This document shows positions 18,814-29,016 of a stretch of DNA of 64,000 bases, piece after piece. The notes beneath the pieces were generated by a model. That model worked only from the letters and a program-made list of their open reading frames with translations, had not been told where the DNA came from and did not search any database. The translations under genes were made by a program, and so were the position numbers. The stretch spans positions 160,001-224,000 of IMG/VR virus record IMGVR_UViG_3300031088_000782. One strand, written 5' to 3'. Source of the stretch: a virus. Its lineage: Duplodnaviria; Caudoviricetes. How positions within the stretch are numbered: the first letter of the stretch is position 1; the number at the start of each line of letters is the position of its first letter.

Positions 18814-18848
18814 CGATTATTTTTATTTCAAAAACAAGGAGAGCTATT

Positions 18849-19571
18849 ATGAAAAACATAATTGATGAATCAGAAAAAATAGTTGTCCTCACTGGAGCAG
18901 GAGTTTCCACAGAATCAGGAATTCCAGATTTTCAACAAAGAGATGAAAACTGGGAACATGACGTTGATAGGGAAATAGCAACATCTATATGGTATTTCAA
19001 GCAAGAACCGCAAAAATTTTGGAATATTTATAAAGAAATTTTTGGCAGTAAAGCATATGCCAGACCTAACAGATTCCATTATTTTTTAGCCTCATTGCAA
19101 AACAATCATGATATCACTATTGTCACACAAAATGTTGATGGATTACATACAAAAGCCGGAAGCGAAAAAGTTATCGAATCTCATGGGAATCTCAATTATG
19201 TCATATGCTTAAATAAAAATTGTAGACGAAAATACCCTTATGAAAAGTTTTCGAATGATACTCTTCCTACATGCCCTTCTTGTGGAAATATCCTCAAACC
19301 CAATGTGTCTTTATTTGGGGAAGGGATTAATGGATTCTCCGAGGCTAGGGATCTGATCATTGATTCTGATTTGTTAATAATCGCTGGGACAAGCCTAAGA
19401 GTTGGGCCATTTAATGAGCTTCCTCTCTTGTCTCAATACTACTCTCCTCATACGAAAAGATTATGGATAAACAAAGAGACTCCTGAAGAGATAGGCTTAA
19501 TGGAAGAACTGACTTTTCATAAATCATTCAATGGAACCTTTGAAAATTTCATTGACACCTATCATCAATGA
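18849..19571 (+). CDS. Sir2-family NAD-dependent deacylase
   Basis: LTGAGVSTESGIPDF, VTQNVDGLH, HG, C..C/C..C Zn module, GTSL.V.P. Confidence 0.92.
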   Translation: MKNIIDESEKIVVLTGAGVSTESGIPDFQQRDENWEHDVDREIATSIWYFKQEPQKFWNIYKEIFGSKAYARPNRFHYFLASLQNNHDITIVTQNVDGLHTKAGSEKVIESHGNLNYVICLNKNCRRKYPYEKFSNDTLPTCPSCGNILKPNVSLFGEGINGFSEARDLIIDSDLLIIAGTSLRVGPFNELPLLSQYYSPHTKRLWINKETPEEIGLMEELTFHKSFNGTFENFIDTYHQ

Positions 19572-20839
19572 ATCAGCAAAATAAATTGTTAAACTGTATT
19601 TATGAAAAGTTTGACAAAAATAATGGAGGAAAAGTGCCTAAGCAAGAAAAAACCGGAAGTAGACCAGAATTTGTTGATTCAATTGTAGAAGTATTGAAAA
19701 CAAACGGAACACTTCTCACCGGAATAGCTGTAGTCCTAATCATTCTGACAGGTCTCACTCTTGTCAATAGTCCTGAACAGTGGTGGATAATCGGTGCAGC
19801 AGTCCTTCTTTTTGGCGCAATAATATTTCTTTTCATGAACGCAAGAGTAGTGATAAAAATTTTTGTTGTCTCTATTATAAATATTTTAATGGCTTCCGAA
19901 TCTTTTAAGTTTGGTAGTGCATTTGATCAATATAGCATAGGTGGTCTCATATGGATGTGCGGAACTTTCTTTACATTCTTTATTTTGATTGCTTATAGTT
20001 ACCTAACAAACAGCGGAGCAAGCCGATGGGGATCTATCGGAGTTTCAAGTGTGTTTGGATATGTTTCAACATTCTTACTATCTATGGTGTTTGAATTAGA
20101 TGTAAAAATATCTACTTGTATAGGAGTTCTTATCTCCGGTTTAATTTTCACTTACCTTTATAAAGGAACAAGAAAAACTCGATACTCTAAATTTCGTATG
20201 CCTGCCAATATATTTGATGAAAAAATTGAAGAAAAATTAGTTAAAAGCGCAGAAGAATCCGGGTGGAATATTACTCCATTACCTCATAAAAAAGATTCAA
20301 CATCAGGCGGATTTTTAATTTGGGATGAAAGAGCATACTACCTTTATCCTATTGATATGGATTCTCCGTTTAGCAATATTGGAAGAAAAACTTTTAGACT
20401 AGGGTATTCCAAAAAAGATATCAATCCTTGGCTTCTTAATTTAGCGTTCAAAGAGCCTCCACTATGGCGTTCAAGAGGGGCTAATATAAATGTTGTTCTT
20501 TTAGACATGAACAGTAAAAATGGCTTAGATCATAAAATTATCGGAGTAAGCCTCCCTGACTCAAAGAAAAAACTTCCCATAGGTATTTTCCCAGCAAAAA
20601 TAATTAAAACAGAAAAAGACAGCAAAGTCAGCAAACTTTTTGACAAAATTGATTTGGAAATGTCTCCCTTCACGACTGATCTTAATGAAAAACAGAAAGC
20701 TGCCCTTGGTAGAATAAATAAGACAGAAGAGGATGAAGAAACAGAAATTGTTGATGAAAACAAATCAACTTCTGAAGAAGAATCAAACTCAACCGCCGTA
20801 GAACAGAATCCCAAGGAGGATAACATCGAAAATGATTGA
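19568..20839 (+). CDS. Multi-pass membrane protein
   Basis: About six hydrophobic segments in the N-half, soluble C-half; overlaps both neighbours. Confidence 0.75.
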   Translation: MNQQNKLLNCIYEKFDKNNGGKVPKQEKTGSRPEFVDSIVEVLKTNGTLLTGIAVVLIILTGLTLVNSPEQWWIIGAAVLLFGAIIFLFMNARVVIKIFVVSIINILMASESFKFGSAFDQYSIGGLIWMCGTFFTFFILIAYSYLTNSGASRWGSIGVSSVFGYVSTFLLSMVFELDVKISTCIGVLISGLIFTYLYKGTRKTRYSKFRMPANIFDEKIEEKLVKSAEESGWNITPLPHKKDSTSGGFLIWDERAYYLYPIDMDSPFSNIGRKTFRLGYSKKDINPWLLNLAFKEPPLWRSRGANINVVLLDMNSKNGLDHKIIGVSLPDSKKKLPIGIFPAKIIKTEKDSKVSKLFDKIDLEMSPFTTDLNEKQKAALGRINKTEEDEETEIVDENKSTSEEESNSTAVEQNPKEDNIEND

Positions 20840-22310
20840 TTTCGTATCTTTACACACTCACACTCACAGCTCACTGCTTGATGGGTTTTCAACAGAAGAT
20901 GACTATCTCACCAAAGCACAACAACTTGGGCAAAGAGGTTTAGGAGTTTCCGATCATGGAAATCTTCATACTATATACAGCTTTTTGAAAAAATCAAAAG
21001 ATATGGGAATGATAGGTGTTCCAGGATGCGAATTTTATGTTGCTCCAATCAATCCTGATGGAGCAAAAAGGAAATCTTCGGTATTCTATGGACCAGGCGG
21101 AAAAAAATCCGAAAAATACGATGTTTCTTCTAACGGAGCTTATCTTCACCTTACAGTGTGGGCATACAACAATGTAGGATTACACAATCTTTTTAAACTT
21201 TCTACAGCCTCAAACGACCCTACACGTTTTTATCAGAAACCAAGAATTGATTTTGATCTTCTTGTCGACCATTCAGAAGGTCTCATTGTTTCTACTGGAT
21301 GCCCAAGCTCTGAAATCAGCACACGTTTTCTTCTGGGACAAGACGATAAGGCTTATGAATACGCTGGAAGATTAAAAGAGGTCTTTAACGATAGATTATT
21401 TGTTGAGGTCATGGATCACAATATGCCCATTGATCTTGAAAAACAACTTCTCCCTAAGCAACTTGAGTTATCTAAAAAAATGGGAATCCCTCTTTTAGCA
21501 ACAAATGACTGCCATTATGCGGAAAAAGAAGATTACATTTCTCATGAAGAAATGCTTTGTGTTCAGTCAGGAGCAAAAATGAGTGACAGCACATATGATG
21601 AAGGTGGACCAAGATTTGCATTTACAGGTCACGAATACTATCTCAAATCTGCTGAAGAAATGGATAAACTATTTCCCCAGAAGGATTTTCCAGATGCTTT
21701 ATCAAACTCTGTTGCTATTACCGAAATGGCATCAGATATCAGTCTTGAATTCAACCCTAACTTAAAGCCTAAACCAGTCTTACCTCCTGAATTTTCAACA
21801 GAAGTAGAATATTATAAACATCTTATTCAAACAGGATTCAAAGAACGTTATGGAAATGCCCCAATCGAAGTAAAGAGAGAAGCTGTCAAAAGGAACAAAA
21901 AAGAATTCGACGTTATCTACTCATCTGATTTCATTGGGTATATGCTTGTTGTGCGAGATTACATTCAATTCGCACGAGATAATTTTTCAACAAAAAACGT
22001 GCAAGATGAAATAATTGCACTTGGCGTTGGCAGTGGGAGGGGATCAGTTGGTGGAAGTATTCACGCCTACGAATTAGGTATTTCTGAAGTCGATCCAATC
22101 AAGCATGATCTCATTTTTGAAAGATTCTTGTCAGCCGGTCGTGGAGCTACTTATTTGTTAGAATATGATGACGGAAGTACAGAAGAGATTATTGTATCTG
22201 ACAAAAAGAATGTTTTATCAGATGATAGCGAAGAAGCCTCTCGAAAATACATTCATCAACTTCAAGTGGGCGATAAAATAGTTGTAGATGATGATACTAA
22301 TAATGAGTAA
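20832..22310 (+). CDS. dnaE: DNA polymerase III alpha, N-terminal fragment (PHP domain to FERFL) with 54-aa extension
   Basis: FVSLHTHTHSSLLDG, SDHGN, ATNDCHY, GSGRGSVGGS, DPIKHDLIFERFL. Confidence 0.92.
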   Translation: MIDFVSLHTHTHSSLLDGFSTEDDYLTKAQQLGQRGLGVSDHGNLHTIYSFLKKSKDMGMIGVPGCEFYVAPINPDGAKRKSSVFYGPGGKKSEKYDVSSNGAYLHLTVWAYNNVGLHNLFKLSTASNDPTRFYQKPRIDFDLLVDHSEGLIVSTGCPSSEISTRFLLGQDDKAYEYAGRLKEVFNDRLFVEVMDHNMPIDLEKQLLPKQLELSKKMGIPLLATNDCHYAEKEDYISHEEMLCVQSGAKMSDSTYDEGGPRFAFTGHEYYLKSAEEMDKLFPQKDFPDALSNSVAITEMASDISLEFNPNLKPKPVLPPEFSTEVEYYKHLIQTGFKERYGNAPIEVKREAVKRNKKEFDVIYSSDFIGYMLVVRDYIQFARDNFSTKNVQDEIIALGVGSGRGSVGGSIHAYELGISEVDPIKHDLIFERFLSAGRGATYLLEYDDGSTEEIIVSDKKNVLSDDSEEASRKYIHQLQVGDKIVVDDDTNNE

Positions 22311-22337
22311 TATAAACAACAAAGGAAGCAAGGTAAA

Positions 22338-23420
22338 ATGAGCGAAGAACAATATGTAGAGCTGTATAAAAAATACAAGCCTCAAACATGGGACGATCTT
22401 GTTGGACAAACGAAGACTGCTAGATCCCTACAGACAGCTGTGGTTAACAATAAAATTCCTACTGCTTTCCTATTTCTTGGTCCGAGAGGAACTGGAAAAA
22501 CTAGTTCCGCGTTTCTTTTAGCTAAATCACTCAATTGCCAAAATCCCATTAAAGGAGGGAATCCTTGCAATATTTGTGAAACATGCATAAGTATTGACGA
22601 AGGTTCACAAATTGGTATCAATTATGAATCAATGGCAAATCGTGGCTCTGTTGATGATGTAAGATCTATTGTACAGAAAGCAAAACTTAGTCAACCTGTG
22701 AAAAAACAAGTATGGATTCTTGATGAGATACATAATCTTTCCAAAGCAGCTTTTGACGCTCTTCTTATCCCTCTTGAAGATAAAAACATGCCATCTCTTT
22801 TCATTTTTTGTTCAACAGAAGCTGATAAAATTCCTGCGACAATTACCTCCAGAGTCCAACAGAGAAGGCTTGTATTGGTTTCGCCAGAAGATATGCTTCC
22901 CTATTTACAAAACATTAGAGACAAAGAAAATCTTGACTGCGGAGAAGAAGATCTGACAGAAGCAATCAGGCAGGGGAGAGGATCGGTTAGAGATACCCTG
23001 AGTGCCCTTGAATCGCTCTTATCAACCGGAGAAACCACTTCTTCGTTCGGTGGTGCCATGCTGGAATCTATCGCCTCACACAGCCTTCCAGACGCTCTCA
23101 AAGTCACTGCGGATGCTATTCACGAAGGATACGATGGAAGAGATTTGGCAGAACAACTTTTCTCTGATTTGAGGGATCTTCTATTACTTGTTTCAGGAGT
23201 TGACAAGTCAGTTGCAGGAACAATAAATGTTTCAGATGTGAGATCTGTTGCGAAAGGTTTAATAGGAAAAACAGGAATCGCAATAGTAGCAGAAGAAATA
23301 GCTGACGCAATAACACATATGACGCTTGGATCTGATTCAAGAATACATTTTGAAATTGCATTAGTTAAATCAATCACTAAATTAAATAAACTTCAAAAAG
23401 CAGTTGATGCTAAAAGTTAA
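22338..23420 (+). CDS. dnaX: DNA polymerase III gamma/tau clamp-loader subunit
   Basis: LYKKYKPQTWDDLVGQ, GPRGTGKT, LNC..PCNICETC, ILDEIHNLS, TITSR. Confidence 0.9.
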   Translation: MSEEQYVELYKKYKPQTWDDLVGQTKTARSLQTAVVNNKIPTAFLFLGPRGTGKTSSAFLLAKSLNCQNPIKGGNPCNICETCISIDEGSQIGINYESMANRGSVDDVRSIVQKAKLSQPVKKQVWILDEIHNLSKAAFDALLIPLEDKNMPSLFIFCSTEADKIPATITSRVQQRRLVLVSPEDMLPYLQNIRDKENLDCGEEDLTEAIRQGRGSVRDTLSALESLLSTGETTSSFGGAMLESIASHSLPDALKVTADAIHEGYDGRDLAEQLFSDLRDLLLLVSGVDKSVAGTINVSDVRSVAKGLIGKTGIAIVAEEIADAITHMTLGSDSRIHFEIALVKSITKLNKLQKAVDAKS

Positions 23421-23591
23421 ATTGTAACATAATATAAATTCATAACACTCAAATGCTAAGGAATACGGAAAATAAAACTTCTGTACCCTTAGCATTTATT
23501 GAATTCATGTGATATAAGATATTTAATCTGTTCATGAATTTTTTGATAAGATACTCATGTATAAAATATGTAATAAATAGGAGAGGTTACT

Positions 23592-26366
23592 GTGGCGGAA
23601 ATAAAAACCATTAAGAACATCAAAGTAGTTGCAAGCGGCAGCAACCCTGACGTGGATTCTGACTTCCACACTGCTCATAGAGAAAAAGTTCTTGAATATG
23701 TCACAGATCTTTATGGAAAGAAAAACGTTTCTAATATTGTTACTTTCGGTACGCTTGCAGCTAAAGGTGCTGTTAAGGCGATGTGTACAATTTACAATAT
23801 TCCTTTTGTTCAAGCCGGTAAATTAGCTGCTCTTGTTCCGCCTCCAATTGAAGGCAAAGAATGCACTCTTAATGATATATATGACCCAACAAGTGACCGT
23901 TATGAAGAAGCTTCTGAATTTAGATCTTTTGCTTCTGGTGCTGATTGGGAAAAAATTATTGAAGGTGCAAGAAAAATTGAGGGTAAGAACAAAAGCACAG
24001 GGGTCCACGCTTGCGGGATCATAATCTCAGCTGAACCTTTGGAAGAGGTTATTCCGCTCCATGTTCGACAAACAGATGAGCGAGTAATTACTCAATGGAC
24101 TTATAAAGAATGCGAATCCCTTGGTCTCATTAAAATGGACTTTTTGGGACTAGATACTGTTGACCTTATTCAGAATACGGTTGATTACATTATCAAAAAT
24201 GGAAAAACACCGCCAAATATGGCTCAACTTGTTCACGGCGAGATGGATGATCCTGATGTTTACAAACTTTTCCAAGATGCAAAAACAACAGGTATTTTCC
24301 AATTCGGTTCTGAAATGGTTCAAAACCTTCTGAAACTTGTCAAGCCTACGGAGTTTAATGACCTTGCAGCTACAACCGCTGTGGCGCGTCCTGGGCCTAT
24401 GGGAATGCTCTCACACATTAAATACGCTGACAGAAAGAATGGACGTGAAGAAATTGATTACATTCACCCAGAATTTATTGGCTCTCCATTAGAAGAGATT
24501 CTTAACCCTACATATGGATTGATTGTATACCAGGAGTCCATTATTAAAATTGCTTCTGAAATCGCTGGTATGACTCTTCAGGAAGGTGACGACCTTCGCT
24601 CAGCTATGGGTAAAAAGAAAATGGCTGTGATGATGAGTATGAAGCCTAAATTCTTCGAGGGGTGCCTAAAAAATGGCTATTCTGAAGAGGCTACAACAAT
24701 TCTTTGGGAAACTATTGAGGAATTCGCTAAGTATGGGTTTAATAAAAGCCATTCTGTTGCTTATGCTATGACTTCTTATCAGTCAGCATTTTTGAAGACA
24801 CATTACCCTGTGGAATTCATGGCTTCTTTAATTGCTCAGAATGTTGATGACAAAAAGAAAACTTTGACATTTTTGCGTGAAGCTAAGAGTATGGGCATCA
24901 GCGTTGGAACTGTGGATATCAATTTGTCTGACATTAAAGTCGCACCTGATTACTTGAAAAAGGGGAAAAACGACATTTTGTTTGGAATTTCTGGTGTTAA
25001 ATCTGTTTCCGAAGATATTGCAAAAATCATTGTTGAAGAAAGAAACGCTAATGGGGTTTTTGAATCTGTTCAAGATCTTGTTAATAGATGTGTTCCTTTA
25101 GGTGTTTCTAATAGAGCAATTTACGAGAATCTTGCTAAAGCAGGAGCTTTTGACACTATGGGGGTTAGTAGAAAATCTGTTGTTGAGTCTGTTCCTGACT
25201 TAATGGGTGATGCTAAGAAGAAAACATCTAAAGGTGAATCTCTGTTTGATATGTTTGCTCTTGAGGAAGATCCTTCTGAAATTAACTTGAATGGTGAAGA
25301 ATATGATTATGTGAAGAAACTTCAGGAAGAAGCCAATATGCTTGGTCTTTATCTTACATCAAATCCCCTTGATAATCTTGGCCCTGGCAGTTCAAAATTG
25401 AGGACAAACAATATTAGCAAAATTTTGAAAAGCCCACGAATGCTTACAACAACTATTCTTGGGTCTATTATTGAAATTACCAAAAAACAGAGAAGGCAGG
25501 GAAAATCAATCATTGTTGACATTGATGACGGAACTGATTATATGACTGCTCTTTTGGCTAAAGACATTGTTAAAAATATGGACAAATACAATGCCCAAGA
25601 AAATGTGAAGAAACTCTATCAGAACGGGGAAAACTCTGTATCTACAGATAATAGAGAGTTAGCTGTTAATCCTGAGTATAAGCCTATGGAAGAGCTTGAA
25701 GTTAACAATGTCTATATGATGAATGTGACTTACAGACCTGGTAAAGGAGATAACCCCTATAACGCTAAAATCAATTGGATTAAACCTTTGAAGCTTTCTC
25801 ACAACGGATCTCTCCCTGTGAGAATACGATTCAAAGCTACGAAAGAAAATTTGGACAAAATGAAGAAGCTGTATAAGGCTTTGCCTATAAATTTGGCTCA
25901 AAAACTTCCTGGTGAATACCCTATTCATGTTTCTTTGCATAGCAAATTGACAAAAGATTCTCATACTCTTGATGATATGTACATGTCTGCTCTTCAGATT
26001 ATGGATGAAGATCTTCAAAATGGCGTTGACCTTAAAGAACAATTCGATAATGCTAATAAAAGAGAGGATTCTAATTCTTTGATGGGTGGAAAAAATAAAG
26101 CTCCTTCTAAGAAAAAGAAGAAATCTGCCTCTAAAACAGATGAGCCTTTGAGAGTATGGCCTCCAGAAGGATTTGAGAAAACGCGAAATAATGGCGTTGA
26201 AGCTTTGACGGTTGAAGATATTACTGATGCCATAGAATCTTTAAATTATATAGATACAGGTTTAACTTGTGATAAAAGTCAAAAAGTAGAACTGGCTATA
26301 GAAAAATTCTTAGGTATTGAAAGCTACGATTTTGGAGTTTTTGATTCTTCAATATTGACTGATTGA
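23592..26366 (+). CDS. dnaE: DNA polymerase III alpha, C-terminal fragment with 16-aa N-terminal extension
   Basis: PDVDSDF catalytic motif, GVHACGIII, GLIKMDFLGL, RRSAMGKK-like LRSAMGKK, YGFNKSHS, OB-fold region. Confidence 0.92.
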   Translation: MAEIKTIKNIKVVASGSNPDVDSDFHTAHREKVLEYVTDLYGKKNVSNIVTFGTLAAKGAVKAMCTIYNIPFVQAGKLAALVPPPIEGKECTLNDIYDPTSDRYEEASEFRSFASGADWEKIIEGARKIEGKNKSTGVHACGIIISAEPLEEVIPLHVRQTDERVITQWTYKECESLGLIKMDFLGLDTVDLIQNTVDYIIKNGKTPPNMAQLVHGEMDDPDVYKLFQDAKTTGIFQFGSEMVQNLLKLVKPTEFNDLAATTAVARPGPMGMLSHIKYADRKNGREEIDYIHPEFIGSPLEEILNPTYGLIVYQESIIKIASEIAGMTLQEGDDLRSAMGKKKMAVMMSMKPKFFEGCLKNGYSEEATTILWETIEEFAKYGFNKSHSVAYAMTSYQSAFLKTHYPVEFMASLIAQNVDDKKKTLTFLREAKSMGISVGTVDINLSDIKVAPDYLKKGKNDILFGISGVKSVSEDIAKIIVEERNANGVFESVQDLVNRCVPLGVSNRAIYENLAKAGAFDTMGVSRKSVVESVPDLMGDAKKKTSKGESLFDMFALEEDPSEINLNGEEYDYVKKLQEEANMLGLYLTSNPLDNLGPGSSKLRTNNISKILKSPRMLTTTILGSIIEITKKQRRQGKSIIVDIDDGTDYMTALLAKDIVKNMDKYNAQENVKKLYQNGENSVSTDNRELAVNPEYKPMEELEVNNVYMMNVTYRPGKGDNPYNAKINWIKPLKLSHNGSLPVRIRFKATKENLDKMKKLYKALPINLAQKLPGEYPIHVSLHSKLTKDSHTLDDMYMSALQIMDEDLQNGVDLKEQFDNANKREDSNSLMGGKNKAPSKKKKKSASKTDEPLRVWPPEGFEKTRNNGVEALTVEDITDAIESLNYIDTGLTCDKSQKVELAIEKFLGIESYDFGVFDSSILTD

Positions 26367-26392
26367 ATATAAGTGTAAAGGTTGAATTTTAG

Positions 26393-28189
26393 ATGCCATT
26401 GCCAAGACGCATAGAAAATATTCCACAAGAATACAACAAGGATTCTTCTCACCAGACCGAAAAAAACAATGTGCGGTCTGGTGAGTCTCTTGCCCGAAAA
26501 TCGAATTCTATTCCTACAAAACGACCAGTCAGAGATGACACTTTTATGGAAGATGAACCTTTACCACCCATTGCGGAAGTCTCTCCTCATGGAGTTAAAA
26601 ATCTTGATGAAAAAGAGTTAGATGAACTTTTAGGTATAAATGATGTAATTAATGTAGATGAAGAAGAAAACGACAATTCTTTATCTACACCTGTTGATGA
26701 TGCCTTACCTGATTTTGACAATAACGAAATGATTTTACCTTCTTCTGAAAAAACCATCATCAAATCGGATACCAATATTAAAGATACCGAAAATAATGAT
26801 ACTGATGATGATTTTGAAATAGATTCATTACTAAAATCCTTAAATATTGATGAAAATGATGAATCTTCTGAAAATGAAATATTGCCAGAAACAGAATTGG
26901 AATTATCTGAAAATGACTCTGTTATTGATGATAATGATTTTGAAGGACTTTTTGATGAAATTGACAATGACGATAATACCCAAAACGCAGAGAATGTTTC
27001 TTTAGATACAGACGATGACGAAATAATTATTGATTTCGAAGATGACTCTGAGGATGACACTATTATCAATAACAAAAACAGTGATGACTCTGAGGATGAT
27101 TTTTATTTTGAAAATGAAACAGATAGTGATGACTCTGAGGATGGAGATGATTTTGAAATAGATTCACTGTTAAAATCTTTGGATGCAGATGATGACGAAA
27201 GTAACAGCGATAACGAAATTGAACAAGATGAAGACTGGGGGTTCAGTGAAAACGAAAATGATTCTGATGATGACGGCAATGATGCATTTACTTCCGTAGA
27301 AGTAGAAGATAAAGAAAACGATGAATCTGAAATAGTTAATGATTATTTTGATGATGAAGAGGTTGAAGAAATTGACGAGGAAAGCAAACCTTTCAATTTC
27401 TATGATGACGATGAAGATAATGTCAACGAAGAAAAGAAAACATCTCAAGACAAAGAATCTATGCCAAAGACCTCTAAGAACAAGAAGAGTGGAAAAGGAT
27501 TTAAAAACAAATTCGAAAACATTAAAAATCAGGTTCTAGCTGACCTCAAAGGAGAAGATTCTCCAATTCAGAACAGTTTTGATGAGCAGCATGACGAAGA
27601 TGAGAAATATAATGACGAAAACACTGAATCAAATAAGTCCAAGTCATCTTTGCCTGGCTCAAAAGCACTTGATTTAATCAAAAAACCTTATCTGTTTATT
27701 GCAAATATTTTCTTCAGTATTCTCAAAGGTATATTTGGATTTTTAGCACAGATTCCTCTTATTGGCATAGTGTTTAAACCGTTACTGTCTGCAACAAAGA
27801 TTCTTGAGAAAATTTCTTTGTTCATGCCTTTAATTTTTGTCATTGGTGTTTTTGTTACTATCAGTTATTTCCAAGTTCCGAGAGAATCTATGATTGAATT
27901 ACCTGATAATGGAGGCGGTACGTTTAGCGAATTTAAATATGATTATAAAACAAATTCAGCAATAGGTAAAGTTACAAATACTGGTGAAATTATTCTTGAA
28001 TCCAAACCCGAATTCACTGTTCATGCTATTGTTCCTGGCCTTAATCCTAAAACATGGTTTATTCCTGTTGAGGTTGGAAAATGTGAAGGAAAAATTGAAA
28101 AAGTAGATATTGATAGTAGTAAAGAAGTTACAGCAGAATGCGAAAAAACTAACGGTTATATTAAGAGGACGAGCGGAGTTTTGAAGTGA
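26393..28189 (+). CDS. Large Asp/Glu-rich low-complexity protein with TM segments and a C-terminal domain
   Basis: Long D/E-rich stretch with internal repeats (DDDFEIDSLLKSL twice); hydrophobic region after residue ~430. Confidence 0.75.
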   Translation: MPLPRRIENIPQEYNKDSSHQTEKNNVRSGESLARKSNSIPTKRPVRDDTFMEDEPLPPIAEVSPHGVKNLDEKELDELLGINDVINVDEEENDNSLSTPVDDALPDFDNNEMILPSSEKTIIKSDTNIKDTENNDTDDDFEIDSLLKSLNIDENDESSENEILPETELELSENDSVIDDNDFEGLFDEIDNDDNTQNAENVSLDTDDDEIIIDFEDDSEDDTIINNKNSDDSEDDFYFENETDSDDSEDGDDFEIDSLLKSLDADDDESNSDNEIEQDEDWGFSENENDSDDDGNDAFTSVEVEDKENDESEIVNDYFDDEEVEEIDEESKPFNFYDDDEDNVNEEKKTSQDKESMPKTSKNKKSGKGFKNKFENIKNQVLADLKGEDSPIQNSFDEQHDEDEKYNDENTESNKSKSSLPGSKALDLIKKPYLFIANIFFSILKGIFGFLAQIPLIGIVFKPLLSATKILEKISLFMPLIFVIGVFVTISYFQVPRESMIELPDNGGGTFSEFKYDYKTNSAIGKVTNTGEIILESKPEFTVHAIVPGLNPKTWFIPVEVGKCEGKIEKVDIDSSKEVTAECEKTNGYIKRTSGVLK

Positions 28190-29004
28190 GTGAAGAAGAT
28201 ACAGTTGAAGAAAAAATTGACCCTAAAGACATAGTTGTTAATTCCCCTATGAAAGATACTGAGGGAGTAAAAAACAATGTTTCGGAAAAAATTTACGAAA
28301 TGCTTGAAAAAGGAAGAAGGTATTTTGGATCTTCAGGTGCAGCAATGACTCACCAAGCTTTTAATCCTGAGTATGCCGAAAAAAACGTAAAACCGGACAA
28401 AGCAAAAGAACATCTTGACGGCGAGCGAGACACAACCACTGTTCTCAAAAAATGGGTGAAAGATAAACCTGGAGCTGTTCTTATAGATTCAGTTTATGTT
28501 CCTGATTGGGACGAAGAAGATAAAGTTGACGAAGAAACAGGGATTATTGATGACGGAAACACAGATCATGTAATTATCATTGGATCTGAAGTGATTCTTA
28601 TTGATACAAGACGATGGAAGAAGAAAAAAGGATACAGTGTTGGTGATGACGGGGAAGCTTTAATGACGAATAAGCAATTTGCCGGTGGAGAGGTCACAAT
28701 GAACAAATCTATTCATATGTGGCTTGAATATCTTGATGAAGATGCCTATGTCACTGGAATAGTCTGCATTAACCAAGAAGAAGTTAATGTCATGAGAAAT
28801 AGAAACTGGTACACTCAAAGCTACAGACTTGTCGAGTTAGATAGATTTATAGAACTTCTTGATGAGAAGTGGAAGCTTGTTGATGAATATGACAAGAAAC
28901 ATATCAATACCACTCTTGTTTCACAAGTTGTTGTTAAATGTATAAAGCCTTTTGACCCCTATAGTAAGGTGTTTGATATGAAAACTTTGGGTAATTTTAA
29001 ATAA
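28186..29004 (+). CDS. NERD-like nuclease-domain protein
   Basis: DGE..T, TDHVIIIGSEVILIDTRRWK; paralog of the next ORF. Confidence 0.7.
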   Translation: MSEEDTVEEKIDPKDIVVNSPMKDTEGVKNNVSEKIYEMLEKGRRYFGSSGAAMTHQAFNPEYAEKNVKPDKAKEHLDGERDTTTVLKKWVKDKPGAVLIDSVYVPDWDEEDKVDEETGIIDDGNTDHVIIIGSEVILIDTRRWKKKKGYSVGDDGEALMTNKQFAGGEVTMNKSIHMWLEYLDEDAYVTGIVCINQEEVNVMRNRNWYTQSYRLVELDRFIELLDEKWKLVDEYDKKHINTTLVSQVVVKCIKPFDPYSKVFDMKTLGNFK

Positions 29005-29016
29005 GGATAAATTTTT

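Noticed and set aside
22338-23420. Programmed gamma/tau frameshift in dnaX
   Set aside because: The ORF is already gamma-length and no extended alternative frame follows
22141-23639. Canonical split intein in dnaE
   Set aside because: No block A nucleophile context, no TxxH and no terminal Asn; kept only as a Hint-like remnant hypothesis
26587-27448. Ser-rich minus-strand ORFs
   Set aside because: Shadow frames of the Asp/Glu-rich plus-strand gene
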